Source: Minutocellus sp. GHC0000111
Taxonomy: Eukaryota
Assembly: GCA_977018835.1 (NCBI GenBank)
Contig: OZ361259.1
Coordinates: 4,154,001-4,218,000, forward strand
Direction: 5' to 3'
Length of the DNA stretch: 64,000 nt
The position numbers and the translations under genes were made by a program. The notes beneath the pieces were generated by a model. It was not told the origin of the DNA, searched no databases, and worked only from the letters and a program-made list of their open reading frames with translations. This document shows, piece after piece, positions 43,453 through 54,619 of this stretch. The first letter of the stretch is position 1, and each line of letters starts with the position of its first letter.

Positions 43453-45812
43453 CACATGTAGCCAGCGTTACTGGTAAGTACTTTTGGCCGGCCGGGCGGA
43501 CTATGAAAAAATGAACTGATTTTTTTCAGTACAAAAACTCCAGCCAACGGGGCGCTTCCCCTGAAACAGAACGTGAACGGTAGAACAGCAGGCAGAAGCA
43601 CAGAGTCAACTTTGATGATACCCCCACATGCATGTACTCCAGTTGCTGGGCTGTCTCGTCGTGGTGTTTCGCACGGTAAAAAATTCAAAAAATTGAGGGA
43701 GAAAGGCCGTCAAAATCTCCCTACGGGAAACCTGCAACAGATTGGTAGTGTAATGAATCTTATAAAGGATGCAGAAGTCCGATCGCATCTTCTTACCTAC
43801 AGTCCGTCCCCGAAAATCGTGCCAGAGTAATTCTCGTAAGTTGCGCGCAACAACCAAAGCAAAAGCACTGCATGTTTGGTAAGCAAGTGCATCGACGATG
43901 TCAAAAATCAAGAAAACATTGGAATGTGACATGTCAATGTGCTCCCTATGACTAGTAGAACACAAATCCATGCTGTTTGGTTACATGCCTTCTCATGGAG
44001 CGGCGTAATTGAGGTCACCACTTTGGAGGCACATTTGCGGGACCAAATGACTTTGTCACGTGAAAGCATGAGGGGTTTGGTCCCGAAAACCAAATGTGAC
44101 TCAATCGACCCAAACCCACACGACGACTTTTTCCCGTTTGCTCCTTGTGGGCGGTCACATTTTGAGAGAACGGAAAAGAACTGGAAAGCTAAACTCAACA
44201 GGCACACAGCAGACCCCTGCCCGCGTGTGCCAAAAAAAAGAGCTAGGACGGGGGTATCGGCAGAGCCATTCTCGATCGGTCAGATTGGCAATGTTGGCGC
44301 TAGCCTTGGTCTGAATTGGAATGATTTCACACCATGTAGTACATGTATCAACAATAGTCAGAGCCCAGAAGGAAATGCGCTCATCTCGGTACTTGGTGGA
44401 CCATGGACCGGCAAGATCTACAGCGATTTCTTCCCACGGCAACGACGGATTTGGATCACGCAGAGGAATTATACCATAGTCACGTTGACCAGAGCGTTTA
44501 CCGCGCTGACAAGCATCGCAATTCTTGGTAAAGGTAGCGATAGCCTGCTTGAGCTTGGGGCGCGTGAAGTTCTGATGAATCTGCTCATACAGTCTTGACG
44601 TTCCTGGGTGAATAAGTGAATCATGATACCACGAAATAATCAATTCTTGAAGGGATGAAGGAATATAAATGCGTGAGATTTTGTCACGTTGAGAAGTCAA
44701 ACAAATAACCTCAGTATCCTCAACCTTCCGACGAATGAAAGATTTTGGACGCTTCAGTAGCTGTTCTTGGAGGAAGGAATCTTTGTCCTGTTCGTCGCGG
44801 ATACGGCTCATCTGCAAGGGATAATAGTCTTCGATGTCATCTTCGATAGCAAGAATGTCATCGACGGCGGAATGAAAGGCTTCCTCAGGAAAGACATCAT
44901 TCTCCCCATCATCATCATATTCATTGGCTCGAGGTAATCGAGAGAGAGAGCATCACCTACTGGATTTTCAGCTTCCCTTCGACATGCTCAAACTCACTCT
45001 CCTTCCAGCGCTTCGGCCCACAAGTCAGCGGCGTTGTCCTCAAAACACTCGGTAATACGACTGAAAAGTTGCGAAGCATCAGCATCATCGTCTGCATCAT
45101 CGTCCTCCCAATGACCCATCGTCGTCATCTTTTGCTTGAAGACCTTCACGGTGTGAAGATAATCCTCAAACGAGCAAGTATCATCACCGCTGAAGATGGG
45201 AACCTGAAGCTTGATGGAGTCATGGTCGTTGTTGGGATCAGGAAAATGCTTGAACGATTGAAACTTCTGATCGGGATTCTTCGTATGGACATACGCGAAA
45301 ACCTGGGCGTTGCGAGCTGTACGGAGCTGCGACGACATGATCGAAAGTGTAGGAAAACACAAAGTAGAGGTGCGAAAGTATACAATTCACTTGGGGTTTG
45401 ACGTCAAAATGCCCTAACCTAGGTATTAGATGGATAGAAAAACGATTTGTATCTAGCTTTAGCGGGCTAGTCCTGTGAAAAGAATCCTCTTGACACCTGA
45501 GAAGGAATAGAACAATGACTCTTCGAAGGACGCAATGAGTTGAAAGGGGAGCGAACCTTGAGAGCGAACCTTTCCCAAATAATATGTACATGCGTTATGG
45601 CACAGTCAATGCGCATCTTGCACATGGCAAAAGTAAGAGGGAAATGTTCTTTCCTTAGCATTTTTACATCACGTGCTGCCCAGTTTCTACCCCCCTTTTG
45701 AAAGTAGTCGAAGGTCCGGAAAAACACCCCTCTCTGCGAAAAAAAATTGCCGTTCCGTCGTTGGCCAACTGGCGTGTGAGGGGTCACTTCAGTACTAGCC
45801 TGGCTACACGTG
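43453..45812. mobile_element. Putative non-autonomous CACTA/EnSpm-like element (13-bp TIRs, AA duplication)
   Basis: Left end CACATGTAGCCAG; right end reverse complement CACGTGTAGCCAG (12/13 match); AA on both outer flanks. Confidence 0.45.
44230..45362 (-). mobile_element. Internally deleted Ty3/gypsy-type LTR retrotransposon remnant (gag piece, RNase H end, integrase HHCC + start of core)
   Basis: Gag-like QVPIFSG...EDYL; degenerate HVEGK..(ADA)LSRLP; integrase YHDSLIHPG...CDACQRGK...PWEEIAVDLAGPW...LTIVDT...WLCRYPRP. RT is absent. Confidence 0.85.
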
Positions 45813-45893
45813 AATAGAAATGATCGCATGCATTCCCTCTTCTATAGCTACGTAGCTTCAACATAGTAAAATTAAGAAAGTTAGTTATGTATC

Positions 45894-48641
45894 TTACATG
45901 TCGTCGTCATCAGGCCCTGCCATGACAATGCCGGGCATTTCGCCAAGAGAGTCTGAGTCGGAGTCGTCTCTTCCCATCTTAGCAAACGAATTTGCCTCAG
46001 CTATAGTACTTGAAGGTTTGGGATCGCTCTCTCTTTTGGGCGCACTTGGCTTATGATCTTTGGCCTCAGTATTCTCAGCCTCCTTCTTGTTGTCGTTGAC
46101 ATTGCCATTATTTTCTACCTCCATCGATTCAAGCCCACTTTCTTTCGCCGAATCTGCAGTTTTGTCCTTGCGAACGTCTTCCTCGTCGATGGTTTCTTCA
46201 GGACTATCTTCGGCAGGATTGTTATTATCGTTTGCCTTGACTGTTCCTTCGGCTTCGGATTCTTCTCGCCGAGACTCTCCTTTCTTCTGCTTCTTCGGAT
46301 CTCTGAGTTCGATTGCTTTTGGAGCAAGATCGGTGGGCTTGGATTTGCGTTTTTCGCCTGATTTGGCTTTTTCTTGGTCGGCAGATTCGTCTGTGGGGAT
46401 GGTAGTGGCCGACCGAACCTCTTTCTTCGCAGCCTCGATGCCTCCCAAAATATCAGAAGCTGTGAACGCCGACTGAACGGGTTTCCCTTCTTGTGCCATG
46501 TAAGCATAACCATCGTCAACTCCACTACTCCTTGTGATGACGGCCATTGGGGGCGCCCGGGGAACTGCGATAGCGTCACAAAGGCATATGGCAGAGTATG
46601 CTGCGGCGGCGACTTCGCTGTCGTTGTCTCGCTTGAGTGATTCAGCAGTCCTTCTCAACGACCCGATGAGACTGCTCCCGGCGCCATCAGACCACGGTAC
46701 ACAGATGGAGGTACTGGCAAATTTAATCAAAGAACACTTTGCCGATGAGTAGGATAATGCTGGCCCGGCGGTACTACTGATAGATTTGTCTGACAGAGCA
46801 GTGAGGCAGGTTCCAGCGACAGATTCAATAGTGGATCTGGTATTGACGTCAAGATAAGGTCCAGCCACTGAAAGGGCAGTTTCAAGGGCCTTGGCACATT
46901 CACAAACCAGCCCAATTCTATCGGAAAGAGTTCCCCAGTCGGCTTCGGGGGGTGCATCATGTGCGTTTGTCTGTTCAAGAAGGCAACCAGAAACAAAGAT
47001 CAGACTCTTTGCGAAAAAACTGCCCTCTGAAGACAAGGCAATGCTCGGACCTGTCCTCAGCATGGCATTTCCAAAGGATCTAATTGACATTTTTCGAAGA
47101 CGAAGAGAGTCGTGGAGCCATCTTCGCCCTCGCTTTCCATCTGCACGCATCGCTGGTGTACCGACCGGGTCAATGCTTCGCTTTAATGCGTACGAGCAAC
47201 TGGATTGCAGAGAGCTGGAAGCCAGACGCATGATACGCCCACCATGAATGATGCCAGAGCTACTAGCCGACGATACAATTCGATCGAATAGGTCTAATCC
47301 ATCGCCTTTGACGCCATTTGCGACCGCCATGGCCGAGCTTGGACTCAAGACACCATTCTCGATGGAAATGTCGCGCAACTTCGATTTGGTTGATAGGTAG
47401 CGGGCTTCGGCAGCCGACGGGAACGCCAACATGAGCTCGACTAGATCCAATAAGCCTCCAATGGGAATGGAAGCACAAGATACCGAGCCTTCGGATGGGC
47501 AACCGTCACACCCCTCGAGATCCAAGAGGCTTTTTAGGATAGAAGAATAACCGTCAATTCGCCGGAGGAATTCGTTCGTCCGGTCCTCTTGGCTTGCCAT
47601 TGATTTATCGACAAGATCCACCCAAGCCTGATCATTAGAATCCACATATTGCCTCGCCTTGGACGCTGATTTATGCATTGGAAAGAATATGCTCAATACA
47701 AGAGTCAAAGACTTCGTTGCTTTCACGATAGCGTCGGTCCACAATATTCCTGGCGATGTTCCATCTGCATTGCCTGCCAAAGGTGTCGCGGCCAATAATG
47801 TCGCAGCTGCTTGGATGCTGTGCTTCGCTTTTGTTGTTCCATCTGCTCCGAAATTAAACATTGCCTCAGTGGCAGTCGATACAATCTTTTCCATTGTTGC
47901 CGTGCTTCTAGATAGGCGTGTCCCCATCAAGATGATGATAGACGATGCAGCTCGATGACACGATGCAAGTGCCTCCATCGAGCCACTTTCAAGCAGATGT
48001 GACGCAACATTGCCGAGACCGCTCAACAGCTGGGGACATGCCACCAGTAGCAACTCGCATTCTGCATTGATGCAGGACGAACCACTGGACGAGTAGGTGG
48101 TAACGTGCCGACAGATTGCCAGCAAAACTTCGGCAGCTTGCTGAACAGCTCCATCGGGCAAAGTATTGGCGGCAGCTGCCGACTTCCCCGCACCGAGGAT
48201 GCGGCCCAGACCAATCAGTAAAAGCACCTCATCATCGAGGATGCCCTTCCCAACGTGAGAGGGTGATCCGTCAACAAAGTTGGATGTTTTGTTGGACGAT
48301 GCGCCACCGCCACCACCTCCCTTCTTGCGTCTCTTGCCACCTCCTCCATCATTCTGCCCAACGCCGCCGCTTCCTCCTCCGTTGCTGCCGACTTCCGATA
48401 GCTTGGTCAAATATGCCTCGGCACGGGACGTATCACCTCGGAGCAATCCTCGTCGCGACACAATCAATCGAAGGTCGGTAAGTGCCGATAGGAGATCGCT
48501 GGCTGCATGCTGGGAGTTCTTCTCGTTCGATGCCTTTTGTGCCAGTGACAGCTTCGATACCAGAGCTCGACCGATGAGGGGACCGTCAGCCGTAGCCGTC
48601 GCCTTTCCGCTTGGGGGCTTCGGTGGGGTGAGAACATTCAT
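45894..48641 (-). CDS. Large helical-repeat protein with acidic tail, possibly PELP1/Rix1-like
   Basis: ~915-aa ARM-like body, an 'IPIGGLLDLVELML' segment, a 'PRAPP' motif and an acidic C-terminus ending MPGIVMAGPDDDDM. Confidence 0.5.
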   Translation of the reverse strand: MNVLTPPKPPSGKATATADGPLIGRALVSKLSLAQKASNEKNSQHAASDLLSALTDLRLIVSRRGLLRGDTSRAEAYLTKLSEVGSNGGGSGGVGQNDGGGGKRRKKGGGGGGASSNKTSNFVDGSPSHVGKGILDDEVLLLIGLGRILGAGKSAAAANTLPDGAVQQAAEVLLAICRHVTTYSSSGSSCINAECELLLVACPQLLSGLGNVASHLLESGSMEALASCHRAASSIIILMGTRLSRSTATMEKIVSTATEAMFNFGADGTTKAKHSIQAAATLLAATPLAGNADGTSPGILWTDAIVKATKSLTLVLSIFFPMHKSASKARQYVDSNDQAWVDLVDKSMASQEDRTNEFLRRIDGYSSILKSLLDLEGCDGCPSEGSVSCASIPIGGLLDLVELMLAFPSAAEARYLSTKSKLRDISIENGVLSPSSAMAVANGVKGDGLDLFDRIVSSASSSGIIHGGRIMRLASSSLQSSCSYALKRSIDPVGTPAMRADGKRGRRWLHDSLRLRKMSIRSFGNAMLRTGPSIALSSEGSFFAKSLIFVSGCLLEQTNAHDAPPEADWGTLSDRIGLVCECAKALETALSVAGPYLDVNTRSTIESVAGTCLTALSDKSISSTAGPALSYSSAKCSLIKFASTSICVPWSDGAGSSLIGSLRRTAESLKRDNDSEVAAAAYSAICLCDAIAVPRAPPMAVITRSSGVDDGYAYMAQEGKPVQSAFTASDILGGIEAAKKEVRSATTIPTDESADQEKAKSGEKRKSKPTDLAPKAIELRDPKKQKKGESRREESEAEGTVKANDNNNPAEDSPEETIDEEDVRKDKTADSAKESGLESMEVENNGNVNDNKKEAENTEAKDHKPSAPKRESDPKPSSTIAEANSFAKMGRDDSDSDSLGEMPGIVMAGPDDDDM

Positions 48642-48952
48642 GGTTGCTGATACCAACCAAGGTATTTGTGTGGAAGGTTACTTTGCAGGCAATTGTGGCA
48701 GACCAGGGAGCACAAAGCGAGTCAGACCCTCGAAAATAAGCCCTTCAACCTTCAATCGATTGTGGCAATTGTGGCGACGCGCCACACCAAAGCAAAAAGC
48801 CGAGCAAAAGCAAAAACTTGGGCGGTTCGCAGCGTCTCTGTGGTCTTTCCGTCGCTCGCTACTTGGCCCGGCCGGCTCGCGCTCGCGCGCGAGCAAACTC
48901 GCACAAATAAATTCAAATCAATCATTTCTCGAGAAGCCAAAATAATAATACA

Positions 48953-49813
48953 ATGCAACGCACTGCCAAGTCGGTCCCAGGCGCATTGAAGCGCGTCAAT
49001 AAGAAGGAGGACAGTGCGGGAGGTACCCCTACCAAAGCGTCGGCAAACAGCAGCAATGCTGGAGCGACGATCATGCCTCAGCGTCCGCCGGCGTACGGCA
49101 GTCGGTGCGCTGACTCCGTCCAGTGCTGGGCCCATTCCAAGACGGGGACGCGATGCACTCGCATGGTCAAATCGCGCGAGGGAGAGCCAGTGCCCATCCC
49201 CTACTGTGATGCCCACCTCGACAGTGGCGATGGTGCCCTCAAAGTCGTCAACCATCCGTTCGCCGGGAAGGCATTGGTTGCCAGGTAAATGCTTCTTTCT
49301 ATGTAATATATTCAATCTGCCCATCCCTCAGTGACCTCTCATATATCCATATTTTCTAATACACCCTCATGTAGATACGACCTGCCGGCCAAGTATCGCA
49401 TGGCGTACTGGGGCTACCGTGGTCGATGTGACGATTGCGGGAAGGAAGACCGGGCAATTAGTTACTACCCACCTGACAAGACAACAGGAAGGCGCAAGGA
49501 AGATGTCGATACTTACAATGGCGTGCTGAATCCTGGAGGGACTGGCGACATCATTCAATACGCGGCGTGTCCCGGTCCCAACGAACGACAGAATATGCGC
49601 TCCACCTCGCAGTACTGGGGAGTACGCAATGGGAATCTTGGCGGCTTGGAATTCGTCACCCTCGAACCCGTGCCCAAGGATACGCAGCTCTGTCATTGGT
49701 ACGGCCCTGGCTGGTGGTCGGCAAGAGGTGTGAAGCGCATGGACGTTGGCACGAAGAAGCATCCTGCTCCACAGCGCACGGCAACGAAAGGCGGAAAGGC
49801 TTTGAAGAAGTAG
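48953..49813 (+). CDS. Divergent SET-like protein with N-terminal C3H zinc motif (intron ~49285-49374)
   Basis: CWAHSKTGTRC...YCDAH; GKALVARYDLP; EFVTLEPVPKDTQLCHWYGPGWW. Confidence 0.55.
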
Positions 49814-49938
49814 ATTCTAGCTAGATCCCAGCGAGCCGAGATGCAAATTTGACGTGGTAGCAATGAGATGAGAAGACTCTTGCTAGATCTGCCGGTATGA
49901 ATTACATGTAGTTTGACCTACCTGTTGCGGTAGATCTA

Positions 49939-50607
49939 TGAATAGAAAGAACAGTTGAAGACATCAAGGCTATCCCATCCAAAGTGAAGGTAAGCGTTGA
50001 TGATACCAAGGCAGAAGTAGAACGGCGGAAGCAAGAAGTAGAAAGAACAGTTGAAGACATCAAGGCCATCCCATCCAAAGTGAAGGTAAGTGTTGATGAG
50101 ACAAAGAGAAAGGTCGATGAAACTGTGGAGACTATCGATCGAACAGCGAAGGAGATTCAAGCAATCCCAGGCAAAGCAAAACAATCGTATTTCGAGACTA
50201 GAGATCAGGCCTATGCGATTTATGACGAGCTGGTTGAAATTCCAGGAAAGGTCGAAAAAACTGTGGAAGAAACTAAAATGAAGGTTGATAATACGGTTGC
50301 AACAATCAAGGCTATTCCAGATAATGTCAAGAGGAGTATTGATGCTGTAACCGACACAGCAAATGCTTTTAAGGATTTCGCCTCGGGACTTGCAGGCGAT
50401 AAGGCCGATCCTAAGAATGCGCCGAAGCCGAAGTCAAAGCCAAAGGTGGAGGCTCCAGCAATGCCTGGGAAACCGGTTGAGGCTTCCGAAACCAGCACCA
50501 AAGGGGGTATTGATATCAACGACGAGATCAATGATATCTTGAAGCTGGCGGAGGAAGCGATACAAGGAGCTGATGATGTCTTGAGCGAATCAATCACCAA
50601 GAAGTGA
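49939..50607 (+). pseudogene. 5'-truncated repeat protein (IKAIP/KV repeats, LEA/apolipoprotein-like)
   Basis: Repeats such as VEDIKAIPSKVKVSVD begin abruptly after GTAGATCTA, with no in-frame ATG or obvious upstream exon. Confidence 0.55.
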
Positions 50608-50701
50608 ATGTGAGGAAGGAGTTTATATATAATGTATACTATTTATCGCTCAAATACTTCTTGTGGCGTTAAAAGTTATCGCTATCTCGATTGTGCTGTA
50701 T

Positions 50702-53410
50702 CTACAACCACAAGCCGCCAAACATTGGCGAAGGATGATGCACATCCGACATAATTTCGCCTTGGCCCAATCTCCCGCTCATTCGACCACAGGACAGGAC
50801 ATCACCAGCTTCTGCATGGAATACGGTATTGTCAAAACCCGCACACGCATTTACCAGGCCCGATACACTTTCGTGAAAATGAATCTTTCTTGGAGACCAA
50901 ATGATCCGCCTTCTCTTGTCGGACTTACTCTCTTTGCCTTTCTTTTCGATTTGTTTGAGTATCTGTACACCTTTAAGAAGGTCTTGACCCTGAGGTCTGT
51001 ATCCAAGGCGACCGTGATCAGAAAGTCCCCATGAAAATGCTGATCCATCCTTTGCGATTGCAATTGCATGTCGCGATCCGTGGCTAATTTTTGCGATTGA
51101 AGTTGGAATAGTAGATGATGAAGAGTCCCCAAATGTGATTTCTGTTGGCTCAATCATCGTTTCGATATCTTTACCCAAACCAAGCAAGCCGTCAGAACTG
51201 GAACCAAAAGTGATGACCCTCCCATTGCTCATCAGCACAGCGGTGCACTCTGGTCCGAGAGATATTGAGGATGGATATGGTTTCCTTCCATCTATCGGCC
51301 GTTTGGATAGCGACTGGATAATATTTGGGATGGCCACAGCTCGCGGTAAGGCAGATACTCGCTTCTTGATTGTAGGCTTGGCAACTTTGTTGGTTCCATT
51401 CGCCACAGCACGCCTTGGATCGCGACCGCCGACCTCCCTTACATGTGATCCAAGACCAAGAGCTCCTCGACTTGCTTTTCCCCATGTATAAAGCTCAATA
51501 ACATCGGCATCGGTACGGACCAATGCGGCCGAGTGATGATCCGATGCTGCAATGGCAAAAATTCCTCGTCTGGGCAGATTCAGGCCTTCATTCGCATTCT
51601 CCCCATCCTGGGGACATGGAGTAAATGTAACACCAAGTCGAACAGAGCGTGGAAGGAGAACATCATCTTCTAAACCCGTGCCTTCGTCTACGAGATTAGA
51701 TTGTGTGGTGGAAGCATTGCCATTCTTTCTACTAGATCGTTGCTTTGGTGAAGCGGCAGAAGGAGCAGACGATGGGTCATTTAATCCAAGCTTCATGTAG
51801 TAATTTCTGCCAAAGGCGTACACTTGATGATGCGTCAATGCTGGTGAGGTCGACTCATCCGACAAGGAGGAGGAGGACTGTAGACCCACTCGATCACCGA
51901 TAGTTTGAACAATCACAAGTGAATGGTTTACTCCGGCGGCACAATCGATTGTCTTACCTCCCCTTTCCAGTAGGGGTGTAACAATAGCTGGGTTTCGAAC
52001 AAAATGGTCCTCTTGGCGTCCGTTGCCAAGCTGTCCGTGATGATTTCTGCCGTACGAAAACAGTAGTGCTTCTCTGGATATTAGCAATACATGAGATCCC
52101 GATGGATGTGCTGAGACCTTGGTAACGGACACCGTCGATAAAGCGGAAACGAAGGTGGGTATTCCATGCAAGAGTGCTGGTGGATCGGGCGCCTCGGACG
52201 GTATGGACATCGATTCGCCTGCTTCTAGAATGTCATTTCCATGGCAGGCATCATCAAACGATGTCATGGAGTGCAAGCCTCCGCACGACATATCCACAGT
52301 ATCACAAGTTGGGACCACGGCATTGTCATCGTCACAAATGCCTCGTCTTTGAGGTGCAGCAGCCTTGCTAGGACTACCACCGGCAGCGCCCGTGGCGACC
52401 AGATTGGCCCAGCTAGTTTCTGTTGGCCGATCTTCGTGCAGAGGTTCCAATTGGCCCACCGAGCTATGAGGGCTCGCCGCAGCGACACGGCTTTCATCTT
52501 CGACGGCATAGTGCGAATAATCAAAGCTGGGGAGGAGATTGATGCCATCTTCACCACCTACTGTTGATGCACCAATAGAACCGTCCTGGGATGGGTTGAT
52601 CATCAAGTCTGGGACCACAGCGCCTGAATTGTCCTCCTTGGATTTAATAGTATGAGTGTGTCCATTGCTTGTCCCATCAGGATTGTGTCCATGTCCATGG
52701 CCATTCTCCTTCCCGCCACCATTTTCCATTCCGCCACCGAGGAGGCCACCACGTCTCGTCAATGGATCGGTGTTTTCAGGTCGCTGTCTTGTGGCAGTGC
52801 CGTTTCCGATAACTTGCCGTTCAGGCCGGCCCCAGCTGTACGGTTGTTCCTCGTGTTGAGCCTGTATTATGTGCTGAGATTGGTGCTGTTGCCCATACAC
52901 AATATCTTGCTGAGCATGTTCTGATCCACCCAGCAAGCCTCTACCACCACCGCCTCCGCCGCTGCTGCTACCACGATTTTGTCTCCAGTGACCACTGCCC
53001 GACTCGAGTATTTCTTCATCATCTCCGCCGCCGCCCCTGTTCGCCGTTCCGCATAGTTGTGGAGATGACGAGGAGGCTGCCCCGTCTGCACCGCACGGTC
53101 CGTATATTTTACAGTTGGTCTCGGCCAGCTCAGCCGTCCACTGCTGGCATTGGAAGCACATGTCCCCTCCTCCAACTGAAACTGAGGCCGATACGGATTG
53201 GTCGTCCTCTGTACTTCTACTAGTAGGTCCACAATATCCAGCTGCATTGGACGGGGAAGACGACGCCCGGTGCGACTTCTTTGGGCTTCTCAACGATTCC
53301 TTTGCATTCGGACTTGGGAAGAACTTGGCCTCATCCGCGCGGTCGCGGCAGGCAAGGACATCTCCAGTGCTTGGAGAGAGTAGCAGGGTTTCTATTCGGG
53401 AGCATGCCAT
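50702..53410 (-). CDS. RCC1-repeat (beta-propeller) protein with disordered N-terminus
   Basis: YGRNHHGQLG, AAGVNHSL, FGRNYYMKLG, WGKASRGALG, FGSSSDGLLG and WGLSDHGRLG. Confidence 0.88.
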   Translation of the reverse strand: MACSRIETLLLSPSTGDVLACRDRADEAKFFPSPNAKESLRSPKKSHRASSSPSNAAGYCGPTSRSTEDDQSVSASVSVGGGDMCFQCQQWTAELAETNCKIYGPCGADGAASSSSPQLCGTANRGGGGDDEEILESGSGHWRQNRGSSSGGGGGGRGLLGGSEHAQQDIVYGQQHQSQHIIQAQHEEQPYSWGRPERQVIGNGTATRQRPENTDPLTRRGGLLGGGMENGGGKENGHGHGHNPDGTSNGHTHTIKSKEDNSGAVVPDLMINPSQDGSIGASTVGGEDGINLLPSFDYSHYAVEDESRVAAASPHSSVGQLEPLHEDRPTETSWANLVATGAAGGSPSKAAAPQRRGICDDDNAVVPTCDTVDMSCGGLHSMTSFDDACHGNDILEAGESMSIPSEAPDPPALLHGIPTFVSALSTVSVTKVSAHPSGSHVLLISREALLFSYGRNHHGQLGNGRQEDHFVRNPAIVTPLLERGGKTIDCAAGVNHSLVIVQTIGDRVGLQSSSSLSDESTSPALTHHQVYAFGRNYYMKLGLNDPSSAPSAASPKQRSSRKNGNASTTQSNLVDEGTGLEDDVLLPRSVRLGVTFTPCPQDGENANEGLNLPRRGIFAIAASDHHSAALVRTDADVIELYTWGKASRGALGLGSHVREVGGRDPRRAVANGTNKVAKPTIKKRVSALPRAVAIPNIIQSLSKRPIDGRKPYPSSISLGPECTAVLMSNGRVITFGSSSDGLLGLGKDIETMIEPTEITFGDSSSSTIPTSIAKISHGSRHAIAIAKDGSAFSWGLSDHGRLGYRPQGQDLLKGVQILKQIEKKGKESKSDKRRRIIWSPRKIHFHESVSGLVNACAGFDNTVFHAEAGDVLSCGRMSGRLGQGEIMSDVHHPSPMFGGLWL

Positions 53411-53657
53411 TTTGGTGGAACGCAGTACAACTGAACAACCGCTTCTTCTTCCTTCTTTGAGGGGCGGGTCGGCTGGGGTTTGCACTTGGGTACGGTCGAG
53501 TGAGTCTAGGAGTCGAGTCGTCAGCAGCCAGCTGGCCAACCGTAACCGCCGGCATGCCGAAAAGCAACGACAAAAAGTCCATGAGTTGTTCTCGATGCAG
53601 TTCGGCGCACTTTGCGTGTTCCGCATCACGGTGTACTAGCTAGACTAGTATAAAACG

Positions 53658-54569
53658 ATGGAACATTATCGTCTACAAAGGAAACGGCCACGAGAAAGGC
53701 CTGGTCGCAAACTCCTGCTGCTGACCTCACTTCTTGTCGGAGATGCGACTGCCTTCTTGACCAAGCCATCTGGGGCTGCTGCATCGGCAGCGACACGTGC
53801 AGCACTTGCAAAGAACACATGCAACTATACTACATTTAGTACTCGTCGCACACATGTGTTTGCAGACAGGAACTTGGACAATGAGGACAATGCCAAAAGG
53901 AGCCACAAAACCAAAGGATTGGAGCCCATCGTTGAAAAGCTTTTGAGTCCATTTGCGATGATTCTAGCCAGAATTGGTACGTCTGAAGAAGAGGCACTTC
54001 GACGAGATATTGCTGCCGCAGAGGCCAGACTCAAAGTCAAGAAAGCCGAAATGGAACGAATGGAATCTCAAGCTCAACTTTTGGGGGCGGGGTTTACAGC
54101 AACTTTAGTTGCAGTTGCGGTGCTTTCTTTCATTGATTCGACCATGAGTTTTCCAACGGAACGGGGCGCAATGGCAAGAGGTGATTCGGGAACCACTACA
54201 AAGAAAGGGGTGTTTCGCATGGACAAGAAGACCAATTCTCGAGATAAGTCGTCTCAATTTTCTGCGCCTGTTTCGGCGATTATATCGGGGGCAATAGGAG
54301 TTGTTGGTGCAAACATTTTGTTGCGGCCCAAAGTAACGTCAGAGGCACAGCCTGAGCTGTACGAGGCCCTCGCGATAAGTAATATTGATTCCAACGCCTC
54401 GTCAAAAACCTTCATTCCAACCGCTAGTAACTCGGCATCAGACAATAAATCGAGAGAGATCACTGATTTATCTCTCGAAATCGATGATATTTTCAGTACG
54501 ATGGAGAAGCTCCAAGCGGAAGCATGCGATGATGAGGAAAATAAAAATGCCAGAGAGCGGGGGAAGTAA
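53658..54569 (+). CDS. Hypothetical membrane protein, putative plastid-targeted
   Basis: Hydrophobic leader + ATA-F, a coiled coil and two hydrophobic segments. Confidence 0.55.
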   Translation: MEHYRLQRKRPRERPGRKLLLLTSLLVGDATAFLTKPSGAAASAATRAALAKNTCNYTTFSTRRTHVFADRNLDNEDNAKRSHKTKGLEPIVEKLLSPFAMILARIGTSEEEALRRDIAAAEARLKVKKAEMERMESQAQLLGAGFTATLVAVAVLSFIDSTMSFPTERGAMARGDSGTTTKKGVFRMDKKTNSRDKSSQFSAPVSAIISGAIGVVGANILLRPKVTSEAQPELYEALAISNIDSNASSKTFIPTASNSASDNKSREITDLSLEIDDIFSTMEKLQAEACDDEENKNARERGK

Positions 54570-54619
54570 AGTTCTAATATACTCAGTAACAAGTGCAATA
54601 GCCTCCCTCATTCGTTCCA

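Noticed and set aside
43939..44598. 219-aa plus ORF in the mobile-element region
   Set aside because: Largely antisense to the integrase; no transposase motif recognised.
45448..45590. TGT...ACA segment as an LTR of the gypsy remnant
   Set aside because: No second copy in the window and no clear primer-binding site, so it is unsupported.
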